Positions 1-10,755 of a stretch of 64,000 bases of DNA are shown piece after piece. The translations under genes and the position numbers were made by a program. Within the stretch, counting starts at the first letter, position 1. Each line of letters opens with the position of its first letter. This stretch comes from Prasinococcaceae sp. CCMP 1430 (lineage: Eukaryota > Plantae > Prasinodermophyta). A model generated the notes under the pieces. The model made no database searches. It saw nothing but the letters and a program-made list of their open reading frames with translations, and was not told the origin of the DNA. The stretch lies in assembly GCA_013416795.1 (NCBI GenBank), contig RQSC01001231.1:1-64000 (forward strand), in the 5' to 3' direction.

Positions 1-305
1 TCCTGCTGGCACTGGCCGTTCCACCACACGCAGCCGTCCAACGGCGCACAAGCGTTGCACGACTTGTAGTCGCCACAGACGGGAGCCGGGCAGATGTCGT
101 CGCCAGAGTAGCAGTCATCCTTGCCTTCGCAGGTGTCTTCCCAGCATTGGCCGTCGTACCACACGCAGCCGTCCCACGGCGCACAAGCGTCGCACGTGAA
201 CATCAGCGGTGTCTGCCCGCGGCCCGTCTACAGCAGCGGTCTCATCGTCAGATCCTTGCCGTCGCAGGTGTCCTGCTGGCACTGGCCGTTCCACCACACG
301 CAGCC
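1..305 (-). repeat. Detached copy of the 135-bp Cys-rich (PSI-like) coding repeat of the gene at 10756-16287; runs off the window edge
   Basis: Minus strand reads GCVWWNGQCQQDTCDGKD...CDACAPWDGCVWYDGQCWEDTCEGKDDCYSGDDICPAPVCGDYKSCNACAPLDGCVWWNGQCQQ, near-identical to units at 11.3-13.4 kb. No 5' part of the gene is visible to its right. Confidence 0.85.
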
Positions 306-727
306 AGCGGCCTGGGACCCCCACCGCTGGCGCGCGCGTGCGGCAGCCAGCCGCGCGCGCGCGGTGTGGCGCCGCGCCCCGCCTCGCGCCTCTTCCTTTT
401 GCTGTGTTGCTGCGTTAGTGTGTTTGCTGTTTGCCCGTTGGCGAGGTTTCCTGTGTTTGTTTGTTTGTTTGTTTCTTTTCGTTTCGACTGTGCTGCGCGG
501 CACGCATGCGTTTTCGCCCGGCGGGCGCGCGCATGCGTTCTGATGGCGGCGCCGCGGCGCGCGCGCGCGCGTGCGAGTCTCGACGTGGTCTGTTTTGCGC
601 GCGCAGCGCTCGGCCGGCGGAGGGGCGCGGGCACCGGCGGGGCGCGCCACACATCGCACGTGCGCGCGCGGCAGCCGGCGGGTGCGCGATTGTACCGCGC
701 GGGTGGGGGGGAGGAAGGGCGGGGGCG

Positions 728-1765
728 ATGACGTCGGCGGCCTCCTTTGCAGCGCGCGGCGCAACACCGGCTGTTCGCAGCCCCGCCAGCGTGCTGTGGA
801 GCTGTTTCGTCCTCGCGGTGCTGCCGCAGGTGCTACCCACCGCCGCTGCCGGGAGCGCGCAAACCGCGCCAGCAGCAGGCGCTGGGAGCGTGCCGTCTGT
901 CGAGGCTGTGGGTGATGCGGCGGTGACGCTCTCACGCGACGTGCAGTGGGACTTGGTCGTGTCCTCAGCCAAGCTCGTGCTGGACCATCTCGACATGCAC
1001 AGCTGCCCGAGCGTTTATGACCTCGCAATCAGCACCACCGACGTCGCACACGGCGCGAACAATCACCACATCTTCGCATCGTACGAGATCGAGATGGTCA
1101 GGAGCGCACAACAGGCCGAGCCGAGGCTCGGGGTCACCGTGAACATTTCGGCGACGGTGATGCGCGACAGTGCAGGCGAATTTAGTGAATGCATGAGCGA
1201 CAGCATTCCCCTGGACGTGGACGTGAACGAAATGTCTTTCGCTCCAGCAGAGAGATATGCGCCCACGTCGTCCCCATCCGCGCACGAGCTCGTCACAGAC
1301 TACTTTCCAACCGCCTCTCCTTTGAGATCGTGGGAGGAGAGTGCGCCCAAGCCGATGCCTGCTGAGGACGACGGAGGCACGTTTTTCAACCCACCTGCGG
1401 ACGCTTCGTTGGTAGCGCCCGCAGCGCATGCCCCCAAAGATACAGCGCTGTTGGCACCTGCTCCCGGACCCGCACCAGCAACCTCCCCAAGCGCTACAGC
1501 GATGCAGAGCCCCTCGCCTGTTGGGGTCGAGCACAGCAATGGGGAAGAATCACGCGACGAGGTGTCAAGCGCCACTTCCCTCAAGCCCACTCTATCGCCG
1601 ACGGCGTACATTGAGATGATTGCCGGGCTCTTCTCCGCGTCGCCAGCTCGGGAAGCAGTGGTCACAGCATCACCCACCTCCTCTGTCACCCCTCAGCGTC
1701 CGGACGACGAGTTGCGTTGGGGCAATAATCCTGCAGCAATCACGAGGTCGCCGGGTCGCACTTAG
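728..1765 (+). CDS. Hypothetical secreted or surface protein with a possible cystatin-like segment and a Pro/Ser/Ala/Thr-rich tail
   Basis: ATG at 728 in ORF 431..1765. Hydrophobic stretch VLWSCFVLAVLPQVLP, then a ~100-aa globular segment, then a low-complexity P/S/A/T tail. Confidence 0.55.
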   Translation: MTSAASFAARGATPAVRSPASVLWSCFVLAVLPQVLPTAAAGSAQTAPAAGAGSVPSVEAVGDAAVTLSRDVQWDLVVSSAKLVLDHLDMHSCPSVYDLAISTTDVAHGANNHHIFASYEIEMVRSAQQAEPRLGVTVNISATVMRDSAGEFSECMSDSIPLDVDVNEMSFAPAERYAPTSSPSAHELVTDYFPTASPLRSWEESAPKPMPAEDDGGTFFNPPADASLVAPAAHAPKDTALLAPAPGPAPATSPSATAMQSPSPVGVEHSNGEESRDEVSSATSLKPTLSPTAYIEMIAGLFSASPAREAVVTASPTSSVTPQRPDDELRWGNNPAAITRSPGRT

Positions 1766-2266
1766 TCACATCTCTGCGCAAACAACGTGAGCAAAAACCG
1801 AGAACAAGCAAACGGACCAACACACATACCGCACGAGGACTGGTTCTGTGCTCACTCGATTCAACCAAGGACCACGCAAATGCACACGCATCACACTGAT
1901 TCTCTACTCCCGGCTACAGTAGCGCGAGCACAGACGGAAAGATCGACTTCTCAAGCCGCTGCCATTGCATGCACCAATCAAGACACCCGAACCGTGCTGA
2001 CGAGGTCAGCCTCATTTTTATGGGGGAAGCGCCATTGCGCGGCGCAATCTGCGCGCTGTAAGGCTGCCATTTTCATTTTGTTTCTCATTGCTTTGTCGCC
2101 GCAGGCTCTACCTGCGGTGTCACTTTGTTTCTCTCTGCTTGTTCGCGGAACGGATCTTGTTTTTGCTAATCGTATCAGTCGAGACGTCTCAGTCATCGCT
2201 GACGCCCTTGCAGCGGCGTCGAGGGCCCACACGACGACCGAGCGTCCGCGATCGAAGTTGCCATCG

Positions 2267-5200
2267 TCAACTCATTTGCAGACGAACCAGGGCGGCGTAC
2301 GCACCGCCCGTCTCCATGAGCTGGTCATGTGTGCCCGTCTCGAGCGCCTCACCGCGCGCCATGACAATGATTTCGTCGGCGTTTCGCACTGTGGAGAGGC
2401 GGTGCGCGACCAGCAGCGTGGTGCGGTTGACCATGAGCGTCTCGAGAGCGCGCTGCACGAGATTCTCGCTCTCGGCATCGAGCGCCGAGGTGGCTTCGTC
2501 GAGAAGCAGTATGCGCGGGTCGCGCAGCAGCGCGCGCGCAATTGCCAGGCGCTGCTTCTGCCCGCCGCTGAGCTGGGTGCCGCGCTCGCCGCAGAACGTG
2601 TCGTAGCCGTTGTCCATGGCCTCGACGAATGTGTGCGCGTTGGCGGCACGCGCCGCCGCTTCCACCTCTTCGTCACTCGCATCCGGGCGGCCGAAGCGGA
2701 TGTTCTCGCGCACGCTGCCACTGAAGAGAATGGGCTCCTGCGACACCAAGCCCATCTGCTGGCGGAGCCACCGCACCTGGAGCTGCCGCAGGTCCACGCC
2801 ATCGAGCATGACCACGCCGCTGGTGGGATCGTAGAACCTCTCGATGAGCTGGATCACCGTGCTCTTGCCGCTGCCAGACTCGCCGACCAGCGCCACCGTC
2901 TGACCGGGAGGGACCTCCAGCGAGATCCCGCGGAGCACCTCGTAGTCGGGGCGCGCGGGGTACGCGAAGCGCACGTCTCGTAGCTGTAGCGAACCTCGCA
3001 TGTCATCTCTGTCCGTGATGGCGAGCCCGAACGAGGACTCGGGGTCGATCTTCGAGCGGCGATTGAGAAGCTCGAAGATGTTCTTGACCGCCGCGTCCGT
3101 CTTGGCCCAGTCGGGCAATAGCGCTTGGGACTGAGCGATCGTGGTCGCGGATATCACCAGCGCGAAGAACACCTCAAGGACTTGCTGGAAGGTCAGCTTG
3201 CCCTCGTCGACGAGCACCCCGCCGTACCAGAACGCCAACGCGTACGCGCCAAAGATGATGGCGTAGCACAGGCCGTACCCGCCACCGGCGATCTGCGCGT
3301 TGCGATATGCCGCGCGCCTGGGACCGGACAGGGCGCTGCGGTAGGCGATTGCTATGCTCTCCTCCGCGGTCGACGAAGCCACCGTGCGCACGTTGAGGAT
3401 GGCCTCGGAAGCCACGAGGCCGGGCCTCCCCGCGCTTGTGGCCATGCCATGGGCGGCCTCGCGTTCGCCGGCCTCCTCGGCCGCGAAGTCATCGAGGGTC
3501 TTTCCCGCGCCCTTGTTGTCCATGAGGTTCTTGCCCATCGTCTGCATCTCGAGGTAGCCTGCGAAGCCGAGCAGCGGAAACAAGGCCATGACCACGAGCG
3601 CCAGCTGCCATCCAGCGGTGAGCGCCAGCACCATTCCAACCACGAGTGTGACCAGCCCCTGGATGAGAATGCCGACTCGCTGGCCGGCGAGCACCTGCAC
3701 GGCCTTGGCGTCCGCCTCGAGCTGCGAGGCCATCTCAGCGGTTTGGTGCGTGTCGAACCAGCTCACCTCCTGTCGCAGCATGTGTGCAAAGACCTCCTTG
3801 CGCACGCGCATGGTGAGGCGACCACCGCCGATGCCAGTGGCTCCGTTGGCCATGGACGCGGCTATGAACAGACCGCCGCCGAGGCCGATGAGGATACCGC
3901 CCCACTTTGCGGCCTCGCTCACCATCTGTGACGAGTCGGGCAAATAGTATACGTTGATGGCCTCGGACAGGAGCAGACCAAAGACGGGGAAGGCAGCGCC
4001 TATGCATCCAGCCGCGACGAAGCCCACCAGGCCGTACTTCCACTCGGGCAACACGAAGCGCACGAGCGAGTACCGAGGCCCTGCGTCGTCAGCTGCTGCT
4101 GCGGAGGCGGCGTCGTTGTCCGTTGAGGTCGGACGCAGCTCGCTGCTGGCACCGCCGTTCCCCACTGGTGTCGATACAGGAGCGTCGGCAGCTTGGGGCG
4201 ACACTCCGTTCCCGCTCGACGCCCTGCCTCTGGTGACGTCTTCTTGGTCGGGATCCGTCGCCAACGATGGCACAACAGCAATCGACTTCAGCGATGCGTC
4301 CACGCTTGCATCATGATCACCCTTTTTGGCATTTGGCGCGTCGACGTCGTACTTTGATCCAGCTTTGGAGGGTTCTGAGAAGGTCCTCTCGCTGTCCGAG
4401 AACATGACCTGTTGCAGCTGCACGAGCGAGGCATAGGCGCTGCCGCTCGTCGACACGAGCGAGGAGTGTGACCCCTTTTCAATCACCTGCCCGCGTGCAA
4501 GCACGAAGATGTTGTCGGCGTTTCGCACGGTGGAGAGGCGGTGCGCGACCAGCAGCGTGGTGCGGTTGACCATGAGCGTCTCGAGAGCGCGCTGCACGAG
4601 ATTCTCGCTCTCGGCATCGAGCGCCGAGGTGGCTTCGTCGAGAAGCAGTATGCGCGGGTCGCGCAGCAGCGCGCGCGCAATTGCCAGGCGCTGCTTCTGC
4701 CCGCCGCTGAGCTGGGTGCCGCGCTCGCCGCAGAACGTGTCGTAGCCGTTGTCCATGGCCTCGACGAATGTGTGCGCGTTGGCGGCACGCGCCGCCGCTT
4801 CCACCTCTTCGTCACTCGCATCCGGGCGGCCGAAGCGGATGTTCTCGCGCACGCTGCCACTGAAGAGAATGGGCTCCTGCGACACCAAGCCCATCTGCTG
4901 GCGGAGCCACCGCACCTGGAGCTGCCGCAGGTCCACGCCATCGAGCATGACCACGCCGCTGGTGGGATCGTAGAACCTCTCGATGAGCTGGATCACCGTG
5001 CTCTTGCCGCTGCCAGACTCGCCGACCAGCGCCACCGTCTGACCGGGAGGGACCTCCAGCGAGATCCCGCGGAGCACCTCGTAGTCGGGGCGCGCGGGGT
5101 ACGCGAAGCGCACGTCTGTGAGTTTGAGCTCTGCGGCTACTTCCTGCGGCGTTTCGCCGGGGCCATACACGTCAATGTCCGGCGTGCGATCGATGAGCGC

Positions 5201-6434
5201 ATACAGCCTTCGTGCGGCCGGTATGCCACCCAGCATGCTCGAGGCGATAGGCGCCAGCTGGCCGAGAATGATGCCGCCGATCATGACGGCGAAGAAAGCC
5301 GTCACAACCTCGCCGCCGCTCATGTGGCCGTCCCTCACGAATACAGCCGCAATCCACAGCACGGAGCCGTACGTTGCGAACATGAGGAAGAAGAAACCTC
5401 CCCAGATGGCACCCCGCGTGATGCCTTCGGTCCGGTCGCTGCGCACTGCTGGCGCAAGGGCGTCGTTGTACGAGGCGTTGAGGAATTCGTGCGCGGTCGC
5501 GCTGAGCACCTCGCGGATGGAGCACAGCGCGTTATTTGCGATGCTGGCCGCGGATGCGTACGCCTCGCTTGACTTCTTCGCCGCTCCCATCAGCACGGTT
5601 CCGAGCACCGCCAACACGAGGATGAAGAGTGGAATGAAGGCTAGCACAACTAGCGCCACGCGCCAGCCCCTGATGAATCCGATAATGAGCCCGGCGATGA
5701 ACGTTGTCACGTACTGAATTGCCAGGCCCACGTTTTGTCCGACCGCCTCTGTCATGGACGCCACGTCGGGGCCTAGCGCGGCAAACGTGTCGCCGGGTGG
5801 CGATACGACGTCGTAGTAGCGAGCGTCCTGGCGCAGCGCCGCTTTGAGGTACTCCTGCGTGCGCGAGCAGATTGAGGTGAGCATGCGGAGGCGTGGGCGG
5901 CATTGAGGCGCGCTCGAGCATGCGCGAGCGCACCTCGCGAACGTGGCCCATCAGGCGCTCGCCAGCCAGCGTCCAGAACGCAATCTGCGCCCACCCCGCG
6001 ACAAGCGTCCCACCAGCGAGGATACCCAGCCACTTGACCTTGTCGTCCACGGCGCTGCGCACATCCAAGGTGTCGTTCAGGCTGTCGAGGAGATCGCCGA
6101 AGATGAGCGAAAAGAGTGGGAGGCCCATGCCGTTCGCGAGTGCGCCCACGGTGCCGATTGCCATCAGGAGCGCGTCCGCCCTGTCGGTGTAGCGAAACAT
6201 CGACGCAAACGAGAACAAATCGAAGGTCTGCGCGAGCCCACCGGTTGGCGCGCCGCCGTCGCTCGCCTTATCGGCGTCGCCCTTTGCCTCACCTCCCTCG
6301 CTTGTCGTCACTTCACATCCGTTGCCCTTGACGGCAAGCGCGCGCTCCGCCGCGCCATTGCCGATGGCGGTGCCGTCACTGCTGCCGTCGCCAGCAGCGG
6401 TCTTTTCCACCGGGCTTGCCTCCTCCTCAGACAT
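2267..6434 (-). CDS. ABCB: Full-size ABCB (MDR/P-glycoprotein) transporter, TMD1-NBD1-TMD2-NBD2; exons 5934..6434 and 2267..5854
   Basis: Two Walker A motifs (GESGSGKS), two signatures (LSGGQKQR), two LLLDEATSALD and two VAHRLS. A 79-nt GT-AG intron (5855-5933) joins GHVRE|EYLKAALRQD. About 1362 aa. Confidence 0.95.
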
Positions 6435-7006
6435 CGCGGCCGCGCGCCACGCCTTTGGGTTTGGCGCGGCGCGACGCAGCGCCAAAGCAGCCCGCCGAGC
6501 GGGCGGGCTCCAGCGGATTCACCGGCGGCTCGCGGGCGCCACCCCGCGCACACCCCGCCGACGCGGCGGTGTGAGGCGCCGGCTTTCGCGCGCGCGCGCG
6601 TGTGCCTCGCGCGCGCGCGTGTGCCTCGCGCGCGCGCGGAAGCTTCCCAGTTTTGGATCCGAACAGCCCCAAATTGTCCGGCGGCACCGCGAAGGGTCAC
6701 GCCCCGTTTCCACCCGAGTCACCGCGCGCTCCATCCGCAATCCCAACCTATTCGATCGATCGAAGCCGCACCGAAGAATGCCTTCTCGGTGGCAGGCGAT
6801 CGAATTTGGACCACGAGAAATTCCACTTCGGAACGCGAAAGGGGAGAAGCGTTACGTTAAGAGCGGGCTGGTTCAAAATGCGGCGGCCGCGGTGGCGGGG
6901 GCGCGAGATTCGCACCGCCACGTGGCAGCGCAGCGCGCGCGCACATCGACCTGCGAGGCGCGCGCGCGCGAAGCTCTGCGCACTCGTGCGGCGTGCGCAC
7001 ACACAT

Positions 7007-7155
<149 letters not shown>

Positions 7156-7552
7156 CTGGGCTGGCATGCATCCACTGTGTACACGCGCACACGCGCATCG
7201 AAAACGGCGCGTGAAAAACCACACTGTACTGTACATCAGGCAACGTGCGAATGCAGAATCACATCACTTTGAATGTGATTGGTCCACCAATGAAATTGTT
7301 GGGCGATGAAATTGCTGCGAGGTGTCGCGCGTGGTCGTGAGCTGCGCCAGACCGGACCGGCGGGCGGCGGGCGCGGTTGCCGCCGGCGCGTCCGGCCGGC
7401 CGGTCTTTCGCGTGGGGGCAGGGGGGGGGGGGAAGAGATCTGTGTGCGCCCGAGCGAGGGGGGCTCCCTGCTTGTCGCGCCATCCTCCCTCGCTCGCTCT
7501 TGCCCTGCCCGCAGCCCGCCCCCCCGGTGCGCGGCGTGTGGCGGCGGTCGGG

Positions 7553-10415
7553 ATGCGCCCCAGCTCGAGCCGGCAGGAGCTCCTGGGGTCGGTACCGCCG
7601 CCGACCGCGGAGGAGGAGGATGATTCCGAAGGCCGCAACGACGAGGCCGGGGTACCAACGCCCCGCTCTGAGGGCGGCACCCCGGGGCTGGCGCCCCCGG
7701 CGGCCGTCGTGGAGATGAGCGCGCTCTATGTGGTGGACGGGGAGGTCGCGCCCACACGAACGCCAGGGTTTGTGGGATCGGGTGAGGTCAGAGAAGAGGG
7801 TGGCGCTGGTGTCGCCGACGAGAGCCGCGCTTCCAGCAACCCTGCCATCGGCGGCGACGGCGGCAGCCAAGACGGTGCGGTTGCAGGCGGTCGAGCAGGC
7901 GGCGCCTGGGGGGTGTGCTATGGCTGCGGGATACTGGCGCGTGCAACTTGCGGGCGTCTCGGTGAGGGCGTGGCGGCCGACGCCGCGCGACGGTGGGCAT
8001 GGTACCGCCAAGACTGGGCGGACGGCGCGGGCACCCCCGGGCGACTCTACAGGCTCCTGGCTCCCTCCACGTACATTTTCCTCGCCTCCTTTATGCCAGC
8101 AATTGCATTCGGAGAGCAGCTGAACGAAAACACCCGCGGCGCGTTCTCAGTGCCCCACGTGCTCATTGCCGACGCCATCGGCGGCGTTGCTCAGTCCGTG
8201 ATTGGCGGGCAGCCGCTCCTCATCGTCGGCGTGGCGCAGCCGATGGTCCTGATTTATTCGTTCGTCTTCGACTACCTGGACAGCGCGGGTGACGCGGACG
8301 TCTTCCGGCCAACGATGTCGTACGTGTTGCTGTTTGCGGCGGCGCTCCACGCCCTGGTGGCTCTGCTCAACGCGTGCGGCCTCGTTGCGTACTTCACGAG
8401 GTTCAGTGGCGAGACATTCGGCGCCTTGATAGCTGTGCTCTTCGTGCAGGACAGCATCAAGGGCCTGGTCCGAGAGTTTCAGGGGGATGGCGTCGTGTTT
8501 GACCCGGCTGCGGGGGTGGACGCAGAGCGACAGAGCGCGTGGCGGCTAATCAATGGCCTGTGGAGCCTGTTCCTGGCGGGGACACAGGTGCTCGTCTCTA
8601 TTGCCGCACTGGGTGCAACGTCGTGGCGCACGCTGCGCGGGCCTGCGCGCCGTGCGCTGGCGGCGTACGGGCCTCCGCTCGCGGTGGTGTGTGTCACGGG
8701 GCTCAGCTACGCGGTGGGCGGGGCGCCTGGGGGGGCGCAGGTTCCGACCCGTGTCGATGCCGAACAGGTGTACGCAGATGGCGTGAGGGAGTCGTGGTCG
8801 ACCATCACGCGGCTCGGCGAAGTCGAAGGAAAGGTGCGTGGGCGCGCGTCCTCATTGGGCGGTGCGCGCTGCTGCGAAGCGTGCGCGTTGCTGTTGGCCA
8901 GCACATCGTATTGACCGCGCTGCGTGAGCACGCTATCTCATGATCAAAAAGTACGTTGGTTTTGCGTTCGGAGTGGCCGTGCTTGTCACTGTGCTGGACT
9001 TCTTCGACCACAACGTGAGCGCAGCACTCGCACAACAGCCTGAGTTTGGACTACGCAAAGGGACCGCTTATCACTACGACTTTTTGCTGCAGGCGTTCAT
9101 GTTCGTCGTTTTCGCTTGCGTGGGACTCCCGCCGACCAACTGCGTGGTCCCGCAGGCGCCGCTGCACACGCGCGCATTGGCCGTCACTCGCCGCAAGCGG
9201 GGCAAGGACAAGGGCAAGCGAAAGCAGGAAACGCGAAGCGGCGGCGACCGCAACACTTTAGCCGATGCCGCGGGCAGGTCGGGGACGCGGGAACCAAACC
9301 GTGGCTTACAGTCCAGTCTGTTCGGGTCGACCACGAAACTCGTGACCACGTCCGAGACTGCAAATGCGTCGACAGAAATGCCGATGGAGGAGATCGTTTG
9401 CGTCGACTCGCCAGCATCGAGCACACAGGCCCATCGCGCCGTGGACCGAACTGCGATCGAAAATGCCGCGAGCCTCTCAGAAGCCACCAGCGGGAGCTCG
9501 TTCGGTGCCGAGCAACAGCCAAAAGCCTGCGTGGATCACCCGTCGCCGAGGCGAGGCGAATTATCGTTCGCAAATGGCACTCGACCCCACCAGAATGGCT
9601 CAGCACTGCCGCCGTCCCTCGCCGAGGCAAAGGGCGTCGAGGTTCGTGTCTATGAGCAGCGAGTATCGAATCTGGCGCAGAGCCTGGCCATGGGTGCATG
9701 CGCATTTCTTTCGCCCGCGTTGCGCCTCATTCCTCGTGCGAGCGTGTGGGCGTACTTCTTTCTCATGGGCGTGGAGAGCCTCCCAGGCAACCAGTTTTTC
9801 AACCGAGTGGTTCTGCTCATCACCGACCCAAAGGTACGAGGCGCCCCTTCACCACCACCACCCCATCCCCCCCAACGTGCGGATCACGCATGCCTTTCGA
9901 CGCTGACAGACGACACGCGTGGACCTCTCGCGCGGACTGGTGCGTAGCTGCGACGTGGCACCGGCGCCCCTGGGGAACGCGTGCTCGCATTCGTTGATAC
10001 GGTTCGCTGGCGAACGATCGTGCTCTACACGCTCGTGCAGGCGCTGTGTCTTGGCGCGGCATACGGCATAACTTGGGCCGGCGTCGCAGGCTTGCTCTTC
10101 CCTCTCCTGATTATGGCGCTCGTTCCCTTTCGACATTATGTGCTTCCGCGCATATTTTTAGTACAGGAGGTGGATGATCTGGACAGGAGCGAAGCGCTTG
10201 AGGAAGAGGTAGAAGAAGTTCCACGCGAGCTTGTTGCTGCGCGCGCTGCCGAGTCCGAGCACCCGGCTGTCGACACGCTGCTCGGCGACGAGCGCGGCCT
10301 GGCCGGCCACGGTGCTGGCTTCCTGCAGGTGCCACACGTCGTGCGGGAGAGCGAGTTGCGGCGCAGGCACGGGCGCGCTGCCCATATTCTCGTCCCACCC
10401 GACGGTGCACAGTGA
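7553..10415 (+). CDS. BOR: BOR/SLC4-family boron/anion transporter; exons ~7553..8833, 8952..9833, 9948..10415
   Basis: Motifs WYRQDWADG, PAIAFGEQL, GGQPLLIVGVAQP, YFTRFSGETFGALIAVLF, FFDHNVSAALAQQPEFGLRK..YHYD, VVPQAPLHT, EQRVSNL and LFPLLIM are typical of plant BOR1-like proteins. Phase-0 GT-AG introns join the three ORFs. Start codon is uncertain. Confidence 0.88.
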
Positions 10416-10755
10416 GCACGTATGCGGCCTCATAATCTCGAGAAGCCAGCAGAGAGTGTAGTGTAGTGGGGTGTCTTCCGCACGCGCGCGCTGGCGAACG
10501 GGTGGGACGGATCGCCCGGCAGCGGCAACGCGCGTCCTTACAAAATGCTCGACGTAATACACACTCTAAGGGCCTTGCACGCTCATCTTTCAGAGACGAA
10601 GGTCGTAGTAGAGAAGCGCCCTCTCTCCTCGCTCGCTACATCGCTCACTCACTCAGAGAAGGCCGCTATCCTGTGTTCCACGCCATGTCTCTCGGGTCCC
10701 GACCGCGTCCTCACTCGCGCTCGAGGGATGCCCTGGGCTCACATCGAATTCAACC

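Noticed and set aside
9190-9640. ~150-aa low-complexity loop in BOR as a novel insertion
   Set aside because: Plant BORs have a variable cytosolic loop at this position; the extra length alone is unremarkable.
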